From NCBI GenBank assembly GCA_040754655.1, contig JBFMCE010000113.1, positions 1-10,230 of the forward strand: a DNA stretch of 10,230 nt, written 5' to 3'. Source of the DNA: Bdellovibrionota bacterium. GTDB taxonomy: Bacteria; Bdellovibrionota; UBA1018; UBA923. A program made the position numbers and the translations under genes. Of the stretch, positions 1 through 7,126 are shown piece after piece. How positions within the stretch are numbered: position 1 is the stretch's first letter; each line of letters begins with the position of its first letter. The notes beneath the pieces are model-generated. The model did no database searches and was not told where the DNA came from. It saw nothing but the letters and a program-made list of their open reading frames with translations.

Positions 1-1316
1 ATCCAGCTCAATGCATCTGTTGAGTCTTGGCCACCAAGCACGAGTTGGACGTCTTTTTCGAACATTGCCTGCAGGTTTTGGATTTGATCGAAAATCCCGA
101 GTTGAAGGCTTGCAAGGTAGTTCTTGTCACCGGCAGCGACCAGCTTGTCGTCACGCTCTAAAAGAGCCTCAACCTGATTTGAATATTGCTCGAGGAGCCG
201 TTCAAGCTCGACGCCAGCCGAATGGAATCGTTTAAGCTCATTTAGAAGAGAATCGATCATCCGGCAAGTCGCCAGCGAAGCAGAGATGTTAGATGGGACG
301 CATAGCACATCATGTTTTTTTTGCAGAAGATCGATCATCGGAGCGCCGATCGACAGCACTTTTTCGAGGGTCAGCGATAGAGAATTGATGGTGGTTCGCA
401 AGTTCATCGCGGTCATTGAGCATCCCGTGGCGCTAGTTTCCGTTTGCAACACGGCGTTGGTTTTGTCGGTCGAGGTAATGAGCGTTCGCAGCTCGGTTAA
501 GGCGTTTCGAATGGAATCTTGGAACTCTTTGGGATTCCAATCATGAGATTTGGGTTGGTTGTGGCAGAGGTGGTTTTGAATCACCTCTGACGCGAAACCA
601 CCGCCGTCGTCGTATTGGCTTCGCCAATTACCGTGATTCTTGATGTCCCATCCTGCGGCGAAGAGCGGGTCTTTGAGTTGGTCAAGGGTACCCACGGGAG
701 CGGTTTCCACGACATTCCAAAAAGTTCCGAACCCCCTTGTGTAGGAGGGACCCAAGGGAGTTGACTCCACGTGCACGCAAACTTCTTTTGAACTCAGTTC
801 TGCAAAGCCGCCCCCGTAGCAGCTTTCGTTGTGAAGAAAGACTTTGACCCCGGGTTTCTTTTTTTTCAGTACCTCGCTGAGATCGTCGACACAGATAGAT
901 TCGTACCCAAGGTGCACGCACGAGGTGCTGGCAACGCCAGGGCTGCCATGGTTGGTGAGTGAAAAAACGACTTGATCGCCTTCTTCCGCGGAGTCGAGCG
1001 TCGAAGAGAACTTCTCAAGAATCATTTTTTTTGTGGGAGACCGCGGGCTCGCGGTGGCAAGATCTGGAAAGTCTTTTTTCGCATCACCGTTCACGTAGCG
1101 CCAGCTGAGATCTGCGAAGTAATGGCAGTCGATTCCGATTTGAAGCCCCCTTTTTTTGCAAGAGTTTAAGAAAGCACGGCTTTCTTGATAATAGTTCTCG
1201 TAGTTTCTTTGAGGCTGGTCGGAAGCCACCCCTTGCGCGTGGATCCATGTTGTTTTAGCGAAGGCGCCATTGATGAAACTAGAAGTTAGAAAGAAGGCTG
1301 TGAGCACGAATCTCAT
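1..1316 (-). CDS. Secreted clan CD cysteine peptidase-like protein (legumain/C13- or caspase-like fold) with a C-terminal helical region; 3' end runs off the window (at least 438 aa)
   Basis: Manual translation of the - strand from ATG at 1316 finds no stop down to position 1. It begins MRFVLTAFFLTSSFINGAFA|KTTW, a Sec signal peptide with an AFA cleavage site. It contains GDQVVFSLTNHGSPG (His123, nt 950-948) and KVFLHNESCYGGGF (Cys166, nt 821-819), matching the hydrophobic strand-His-Gly and strand-x-x-Cys pattern of clan CD. It is probably absent from the ORF track because it has no stop codon in the window. The CDS itself is well supported; the family call is less certain. Confidence 0.85.
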   Translation of the reverse strand, partial: MRFVLTAFFLTSSFINGAFAKTTWIHAQGVASDQPQRNYENYYQESRAFLNSCKKRGLQIGIDCHYFADLSWRYVNGDAKKDFPDLATASPRSPTKKMILEKFSSTLDSAEEGDQVVFSLTNHGSPGVASTSCVHLGYESICVDDLSEVLKKKKPGVKVFLHNESCYGGGFAELSSKEVCVHVESTPLGPSYTRGFGTFWNVVETAPVGTLDQLKDPLFAAGWDIKNHGNWRSQYDDGGGFASEVIQNHLCHNQPKSHDWNPKEFQDSIRNALTELRTLITSTDKTNAVLQTETSATGCSMTAMNLRTTINSLSLTLEKVLSIGAPMIDLLQKKHDVLCVPSNISASLATCRMIDSLLNELKRFHSAGVELERLLEQYSNQVEALLERDDKLVAAGDKNYLASLQLGIFDQIQNLQAMFEKDVQLVLGGQDSTDALSW

Positions 1317-1324
1317 TCTTACTG

Positions 1325-1353
1325 ATTTTATTCGGGTGAGAATTTTTAGGCAA
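1325..1353 (-). promoter_or_regulatory. Putative sigma-70 promoter for the peptidase gene
   Basis: The - strand reads TTGCCT (1353-1348), a 17-bp spacer, then TAAAAT (1330-1325), ending 8 nt before ATG 1316. No Shine-Dalgarno sequence lies between the -10 box and the ATG. Confidence 0.6.
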
Positions 1354-1426
1354 ATGGTGGGAGGCCAAATCACTAGAGGCGAGTTCTTGCGCGCCCATTC
1401 TTTCCGCGCGGCAGATCCTGCCTCAA

Positions 1427-1455
1427 TTGACGAAAATTGTCACAAGGCCTACGAT
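1427..1455 (+). promoter_or_regulatory. Putative sigma-70 promoter for the pilB operon
   Basis: TTGACG (1427-1432), a 17-bp spacer, then TACGAT (1450-1455), ending 72 nt upstream of the pilB ATG. A purine-rich RBS, AAGGAAGAGGA, lies at 1513-1523. Confidence 0.65.
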
Positions 1456-1473
1456 TGAGATAAAACAGCAGTG

Positions 1474-1494
1474 TGAGACACAAGAGGTGTCTCA
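1474..1494. promoter_or_regulatory. Perfect inverted repeat in the pilB leader (candidate operator or 5' UTR hairpin)
   Basis: TGAGACAC (1474-1481), AAGAG, GTGTCTCA (1487-1494): perfect 8-bp arms lying between the predicted -10 box and the RBS. Confidence 0.5.
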
Positions 1495-1527
1495 ATAGTT
1501 TAAATTGAACTCAAGGAAGAGGACTCG

Positions 1528-3231
1528 ATGTCGCGAGCACTGGCAGACATCTTATTGAAAGACAAGCTCATCACGCCTCAACAGTTCCAGGAGGCGTTGG
1601 ACGCCCATAAGTCGCGCGGTGATTCTTTCATACGCTTTTTGATCAACAAGAAGTACGTCGCGGAGACGAAGCTTCTGCAATACTTAAGTCAAAAATACGG
1701 GATGCCAGCCATCAATCTCGCGAAATACGAGATCAACGCCGACATCATCAAGCTCGTTCCGGTTGAGCTTGCGCGAAAACACAATGTCATCCCGATTCAG
1801 CACAACAAAGGAACCCTTGTTTGCGCCATTTGCGACCCAACCTCTGTTTTGAGCCTTGAAGATATCAAGTTTCGTACAAGGCTCAATGTTGAAGCAGTGC
1901 TCACGACTTACAGCTCGATCGACGTCGCCCTGAGTAAATACTATTCCAATTCGAACATGATGGTCGAGGCCGTCAGTTTTTTTCAAAAGAGCAAGGAAAA
2001 GGGCGCTGAGATCGATATCTTGCGGCCGTCAGCGATTCAGATCGAAAGCGGCGCCGAGACCGATAAAGACGCGCCGGTCATCAGTTTTGTGAACAACGTA
2101 ATCGTTGAAGCCGTTCGAAAAGGGGCAAGCGATATTCATTTCGAGTCTTATGAGCATCGCAGCAGAGTGCGTTTTCGGATCGACGGCATTCTGCACGAAA
2201 TCGCGACCGTGCCCAATGAAATGCGCAGGGCTTTGATTGCGCGGATCAAGGTGATGAGCCAGCTTGATATCGCCGAGTCGCGAATGCCTCAAGACGGCCG
2301 CATCAAGATCAAACTTGAAGGCAGTGAAGTCGATTTCCGTGTTTCGACGATGCCGTGTCTGTTCGGCGAAAAGGCCGTTCTGCGCATGCTCTCAAAGGGC
2401 AACCTTCAGCTTGATCTCACCAAGCTTGGGTTCGAGGCGAAGCCGCTTGAGGTCTTCAGAAAGGGGATCTATCAGCCAAATGGAATGGTGCTCGTCACAG
2501 GACCCACGGGCAGCGGCAAGACGACGACCCTGTATTCTGCATTGTCAGAATTAAATCAAATCAGCGACAACGTCTCCACGGCCGAAGACCCTGTTGAGTA
2601 CAACCTGGAAGGCATCAATCAGGTCCAGATCCACAAAGACATCGGGCTTTCGTTCGCCGCGGTCCTGCGCACCCTTTTGCGTCAAGACCCCGATACGATC
2701 TTGGTGGGTGAGATCCGCGATCTTGAGACGGCTGAGGTGGCGATCCAAGCGGCCCTCACCGGCCACCTTGTTCTGTCGACCCTGCACACCAACGACGCGC
2801 CCGGTACGGTGATTCGACTCATGAACATGGGAGTTCAGGCGTTTCTTGTCGCCTCTTCGGTGAATACGATCGTTGCGCAGAGGTTGTTGCGGAAGGTTTG
2901 CGAGAAATGCAAAGAGCCGTCAAACGTTCCGATGCATCGTTTGACCGAGCTTGGCATCAGTCAAGACATAGCTGTTCAATTGAAGTTATTTAGAGGCAAG
3001 GGCTGCGCTGCTTGCAACAAGACAGGTTACAAGGGGCGCGTCGCCGTATATGAGGTCATGGATTTCACGACGCCCCTCAAGGAGATGGTTTTGGCGAATT
3101 GCACGGCGATCGAGCTCAAGAGAGCCGCCGTCAAAGAGGGAATGAGAACTCTTCGAATGTCTGCGCTTCAAAAAGTCGCGGACGGCGTCACGACTCTAGA
3201 GGAAGCGCTTGCGATGACCGGGGCCGATTAG
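1528..3231 (+). CDS. pilB: Type IV pilus assembly (extension) ATPase PilB
   Basis: 567 aa with an N-terminal MshEN/T2SSE_N-like domain, ASDIHFE, RFRIDG, PQDGRI, Walker A GPTGSGKT, Walker B ILVGE, His box TGHLVLSTLHTND and a zinc motif CEKC...CAAC. It is the first gene of a pilBTC cluster. Confidence 0.97.
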   Translation: MSRALADILLKDKLITPQQFQEALDAHKSRGDSFIRFLINKKYVAETKLLQYLSQKYGMPAINLAKYEINADIIKLVPVELARKHNVIPIQHNKGTLVCAICDPTSVLSLEDIKFRTRLNVEAVLTTYSSIDVALSKYYSNSNMMVEAVSFFQKSKEKGAEIDILRPSAIQIESGAETDKDAPVISFVNNVIVEAVRKGASDIHFESYEHRSRVRFRIDGILHEIATVPNEMRRALIARIKVMSQLDIAESRMPQDGRIKIKLEGSEVDFRVSTMPCLFGEKAVLRMLSKGNLQLDLTKLGFEAKPLEVFRKGIYQPNGMVLVTGPTGSGKTTTLYSALSELNQISDNVSTAEDPVEYNLEGINQVQIHKDIGLSFAAVLRTLLRQDPDTILVGEIRDLETAEVAIQAALTGHLVLSTLHTNDAPGTVIRLMNMGVQAFLVASSVNTIVAQRLLRKVCEKCKEPSNVPMHRLTELGISQDIAVQLKLFRGKGCAACNKTGYKGRVAVYEVMDFTTPLKEMVLANCTAIELKRAAVKEGMRTLRMSALQKVADGVTTLEEALAMTGAD

Positions 3232-3250
3232 TATCACGAGAGGGGAAATT

Positions 3251-4333
3251 ATGGCAAAGGTGCCATTGGCAGCATTACTGAAAGCAATGGTAGATCAAAA
3301 TGCGTCGGATCTGCATATCACCATCGGAACGCCTCCGCAGTTTCGAATAGAGGGGCGCATGGTGAAGGTGAAAGTCGACCCGCTCACGGCGCAAGACACT
3401 AAAGAGCTTTGTTACAGCGTCCTTACCGACAATCAAAAGGCCGAATTCGAGAAGGAGCTCGAGATCGACTTCTCATTCGGGGTCAAGGACGTTGCGAGGT
3501 TCCGTGGAAACATCTTTTTCCAGAAAGGGTCGGTGGGGGGGGTTTTTCGGAGGATCCCGATTTCAATTCCCACCTTCGAACAGCTGGGCCTTCCAAACAT
3601 CATTAAAGACGTGATTCGCCGGCCAAACGGGCTGATCTTAGTGACGGGCCCGACGGGTAGCGGTAAAAGCACGACGCTGGCATCCGTCCTCGACCTCATC
3701 AACGGAGGGGAGTCGGGCCACATCATCACCATTGAAGATCCGATTGAATTTATTCACCCGCACAAAGGCTGCCTCGTGAATCAGAGGGAAGTCGGATCTG
3801 ACACGAAATCGTTCCGCGACGCTTTGAAGCGCGTCTTGCGCCAGGACCCTGACTTCGTCCTCGTCGGCGAGTTGCGTGACATCGAAACCATCGAGATGGC
3901 GTTGACGATGGCCGAGACAGGCCACTTGGTGTTCGGAACCCTTCACACCAACAGCGCAGTCCAAAGTATTTATCGGATCGTGAACGTTTTTCCCCCGCAC
4001 CAGCAGCCGCAAATCAGGCAGCTTCTGGGATTTGTTTTGCAGGCCATCATCTCTCAACAGCTCATCCCAAAGAGCAACGGGGCGGGCCGCGTGATGGCGA
4101 TGGAGATCTTGATCCCGAACGGAGCAATCCGGAACCTGATCCGCGAAGATAAGATGCACCAAATTTATTCTGCGATGCAGGCCGGTCAGAATGAATCGGG
4201 AATGATGACCATGAATCAATCGCTGCTGAAGCTCGTGCAAGCGGGCATGTTGACCAAGGAAGACGCTCTCGCGACGAGCTTTGTCCCCGATGAACTGGCG
4301 AAGACTTTGGGAATCGTTCGAACGGCGGGCTAA
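3251..4333 (+). CDS. pilT: Type IV pilus retraction ATPase PilT
   Basis: 360 aa with ASDLHIT, Walker A GPTGSGKST, TIEDPIE, LRQDPD..LVGE, ETGHLVFGTLHT and the PilT signature AIRNLIRE. RBS GAGAGGGG lies upstream. Confidence 0.97.
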   Translation: MAKVPLAALLKAMVDQNASDLHITIGTPPQFRIEGRMVKVKVDPLTAQDTKELCYSVLTDNQKAEFEKELEIDFSFGVKDVARFRGNIFFQKGSVGGVFRRIPISIPTFEQLGLPNIIKDVIRRPNGLILVTGPTGSGKSTTLASVLDLINGGESGHIITIEDPIEFIHPHKGCLVNQREVGSDTKSFRDALKRVLRQDPDFVLVGELRDIETIEMALTMAETGHLVFGTLHTNSAVQSIYRIVNVFPPHQQPQIRQLLGFVLQAIISQQLIPKSNGAGRVMAMEILIPNGAIRNLIREDKMHQIYSAMQAGQNESGMMTMNQSLLKLVQAGMLTKEDALATSFVPDELAKTLGIVRTAG

Positions 4334-4350
4334 GTTTTAGGAGTATTTAA

Positions 4351-5571
4351 ATGCCACAGTACATGTACACCGCGGTGAACCGCGGCGGAGAGAAAATCAA
4401 AGGATCGGTCGATGCCCCGAACGAGAACGAGGCTCGCGTGATGCTTCGCTCGCAGCAGTTGCGTCCGTTGACGATCGCCAAAGCAGGGGCGTTTGAGATC
4501 GATCTCGCGAAACTAGGCGGACTGATCGGCGCCGTGAAATCGACCGATGTTTTGTTGTTCACCCGCCAGCTTTCGATTCTCGTTTCATCAGGCATCCCGT
4601 TGATGCAGGGCCTTGAAGTCATCGCGGGTCAGATTCAAAGTCCTGCGATGAAACGTGTTGTTCTCGCCATCAAAGAAAAGGTCACTGGTGGATCTTTTCT
4701 TTGGGAGGCCATGCAGGCCTACCGCGCGGTTTTCCCTGACGTGTATATCAGCATGGTGAAGGCCGGGGAGGCCTCGGGATCCCTAGATCCCATCTTGAAG
4801 CGTCTTACAAAGTACCTTGATGACGCCAATAAGCTTAAGAAACTTGTTCAAGGCGCGCTCATTTATCCGATCGCGATCACCGCCGTCGGCATCGTCGTGA
4901 CGATCGTGATGTTGGTTTTCGTCATCCCGAAATTTGAAGAGCTCTTGACGAGCTCAGGGCAAGAGCTTCCCGAGGTCACTAGGATGGTGATCGCGGCGAG
5001 CCATTTCGTTCAGCACAATATCCTCTATATCATCGCCGGGCTCGCTACGACCGGTTATCTTGGAGGCCGTTACGTCAAGACTGACGAGGGCAGGGCTTTT
5101 TTTGATTATGCCTCGCTTAAAGTGCCCTTGTTCGGGCAGTTGCTTTTGAAGGTCGCGGTCTCTCGTTTCGCGCGCACGATGCAAACCCTGCTTTCAAGCG
5201 GCATCAACTTGCTTGATGCGCTTGATATCTGTCGAGACGCGGTCGGGAACAAGACCTTGGCCGAGACGATGGTCAAGATGAGGCTCGAGGTTGAAAAAGG
5301 CAAATCCCTTGGCGCGGTGATGGACAAGATGCCCATTTTCCCAAGCATGGTCGTGCAGATGGTGACCGTGGGCGAAAGCACCGGTAACGTCGATAAGATG
5401 CTAGAGCGCGTCGCCGACTATTATGAGGAAGACGTGCAGGCCCTTGTCGGCAATTTAACGAAAATGATTGAACCGTTCGTGCTCGTGTTTTTGGGCGGGT
5501 TGGTCGGCGGCCTGATGATCGCCATGTACCTGCCGATATTCAAGCTCGCGGGCGGAGCGGCCGGGCAATGA
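4351..5571 (+). CDS. pilC: Type IV pilus inner-membrane platform protein PilC (GspF family)
   Basis: 406 aa with two GspF-like repeats (FTRQLSILVSSGIPL...AGEASGSL and FARTMQTLLSSGINL...VGESTGNV), three hydrophobic segments and C-terminal IAMYLPIF. RBS AGGAG lies upstream. Confidence 0.96.
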   Translation: MPQYMYTAVNRGGEKIKGSVDAPNENEARVMLRSQQLRPLTIAKAGAFEIDLAKLGGLIGAVKSTDVLLFTRQLSILVSSGIPLMQGLEVIAGQIQSPAMKRVVLAIKEKVTGGSFLWEAMQAYRAVFPDVYISMVKAGEASGSLDPILKRLTKYLDDANKLKKLVQGALIYPIAITAVGIVVTIVMLVFVIPKFEELLTSSGQELPEVTRMVIAASHFVQHNILYIIAGLATTGYLGGRYVKTDEGRAFFDYASLKVPLFGQLLLKVAVSRFARTMQTLLSSGINLLDALDICRDAVGNKTLAETMVKMRLEVEKGKSLGAVMDKMPIFPSMVVQMVTVGESTGNVDKMLERVADYYEEDVQALVGNLTKMIEPFVLVFLGGLVGGLMIAMYLPIFKLAGGAAGQ

Positions 5572-7115
5572 GAGGCGTCACGGCTCTGAGCCAAGAGCGC
5601 GACATCCGGCTTTACATGTTCTTGCGTTTAGCCATGCTCTTCTCGGTGTTGGCTTCATTGATCCTTTATCAAAGGTCAGGCGTTCTTTCAGGCAACACTA
5701 TCGTGAACACCTATTACATTACTTTCAGCACCTTCCTCGTGACGACCGCGTTCATCTTCCTTTACGAGAAAGCGCGCTACGTTCGCTACTTCTTGGCGAG
5801 TCAAATCGCGTACGACATTCTTTTCACGACTGGCCTTATCTTTTACACTGGCCCCAATATCACGATGTTCACGGTCTTTTACCTGTTCAACATCATCTTC
5901 GCGGCCATTCTGTTTCGAGAGCGGGGGGCCCTGGTAGCGGCTTTCGTAAGCGGCACTCTCTATACCGTCGTGACCAGGCTGAACTCGGGCGATCTCAGCG
6001 AAGAGAAGTTCTTCTCTCTCTTGACGACCTTGACGGCCTTTGTCGCGATCGCGCTTTTAGCGGGCCAACTTGTGAGCGAGCTGAGGTACAGCCGCCAACG
6101 CATCTCGCGTCTTGAGCGATTGAACGAAGAGATCGTGAACTCGCTCGACAGCGGCTTGATCAGCCTTGACGTCGATGGGCAGATTTACCGGATCAACCGC
6201 ATGGCCCAAGAGCTCTTTGGGCTTAAGGGCGGGCCGTCGGTCGTTGGCAAGCCTTTACAAGAAGTTCTTCCGTGGTTCTCGGAGGAGATTTACACGACCC
6301 ACATCCGTGAGCTTACGATTCAAAGCAGGGTTCGCCGCATGTTGATTTCACGCATCGCTCTGCCCGAAGGTTACAGCATGATTTTGGTTCGGGATCTGAC
6401 CGAGATTCTTGAGCTTGAAGAAAGAGTCCGACGCCAAGAAAGGCTCGCGGGGATCGGCCGCCTCGCCGCAGGCGTGGCACACGAAATCAGGAATCCCATC
6501 GCTTCGATCTCAGGGGCGGCTCAGCTTTTGTCGAGCCAAAAGAACCTGGATCCCGAATCGGAGGAAGAGCGATTGATGCAATTGATCATTCGTGAGAGTG
6601 AGCGCGTCGATCGGTTGGTCGCGCAGCTGCTACGCTTCGCCAAGCCGACGCTGATTCGCACTGAGAGCGTAAATGTAGGCGAGGTCATCGGAGAGTGCAT
6701 AGAATCAGTCAAGGCGCGGCCTGAGTTTCAACTCGCGGGAGTGAGCCTCACAAGCCGGGTCAAAGGAGCTCCTTCCGTGAAGGCCAACCGTGACGAGCTC
6801 AAAGAGGTGATCACGAATCTCTTGGTGAACTCGTTGCAAGCGTTGTCTGAGCAAAAACACAACTCCAAGAAAGAGATCTCGGTCGAGAGCCAAAAGACGG
6901 ACCAATTCGTAGAGATCACCGTGACTGATAACGGACCCGGGATTCCGAGCCAGTTTCGCGGCCGAGTATTTGACCCCTTTTTCACGACAAAACCCACGGG
7001 CACCGGGTTGGGATTGGCGCAAGTTCATAAGATCGTTCGAGACTACGAAGGCCAGGTCGACCTTGAGACCGAAGAGGGCAGGGGAACGGCCTTAAAGATA
7101 CGATTGCCCGCATAG
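5568..7115 (+). CDS. pilS: Sensor histidine kinase PilS
   Basis: 515 aa with a multi-TM N-terminus, a PAS-like segment (IVNSLDSGLISLDVDGQIYRINRMA), H box AHEIRNP, N box NLLVNS, and DNGPG / FDPFFTTK / GTGLGL. It overlaps the pilC stop (ATGA) and sits between pilC and an NtrC-type regulator. Confidence 0.9.
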   Translation: MRGVTALSQERDIRLYMFLRLAMLFSVLASLILYQRSGVLSGNTIVNTYYITFSTFLVTTAFIFLYEKARYVRYFLASQIAYDILFTTGLIFYTGPNITMFTVFYLFNIIFAAILFRERGALVAAFVSGTLYTVVTRLNSGDLSEEKFFSLLTTLTAFVAIALLAGQLVSELRYSRQRISRLERLNEEIVNSLDSGLISLDVDGQIYRINRMAQELFGLKGGPSVVGKPLQEVLPWFSEEIYTTHIRELTIQSRVRRMLISRIALPEGYSMILVRDLTEILELEERVRRQERLAGIGRLAAGVAHEIRNPIASISGAAQLLSSQKNLDPESEEERLMQLIIRESERVDRLVAQLLRFAKPTLIRTESVNVGEVIGECIESVKARPEFQLAGVSLTSRVKGAPSVKANRDELKEVITNLLVNSLQALSEQKHNSKKEISVESQKTDQFVEITVTDNGPGIPSQFRGRVFDPFFTTKPTGTGLGLAQVHKIVRDYEGQVDLETEEGRGTALKIRLPA

Positions 7116-7126
7116 AGGAAACAACG

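Noticed and set aside
591..638. Second occurrence of NHG and GGGFA in the peptidase (NHGNWRSQYDDGGGFA), echoing the catalytic motifs
   Set aside because: There is no Cys or preceding hydrophobic strand and the spacing is far too short for a duplicated catalytic domain; probably coincidence.
1350..1368. Sigma-54-like TTGGC...TTGC on the - strand upstream of the peptidase
   Set aside because: The GG to GC spacing is 13 nt, not the strictly required 10.
11..1458. Short ORF-track calls at 11-235, 286-546, 682-921, 972-1169 and 1270-1458
   Set aside because: They overlap the long - strand peptidase frame or the promoter region, have no recognisable motifs, and are best explained as shadow or alternate-frame ORFs.
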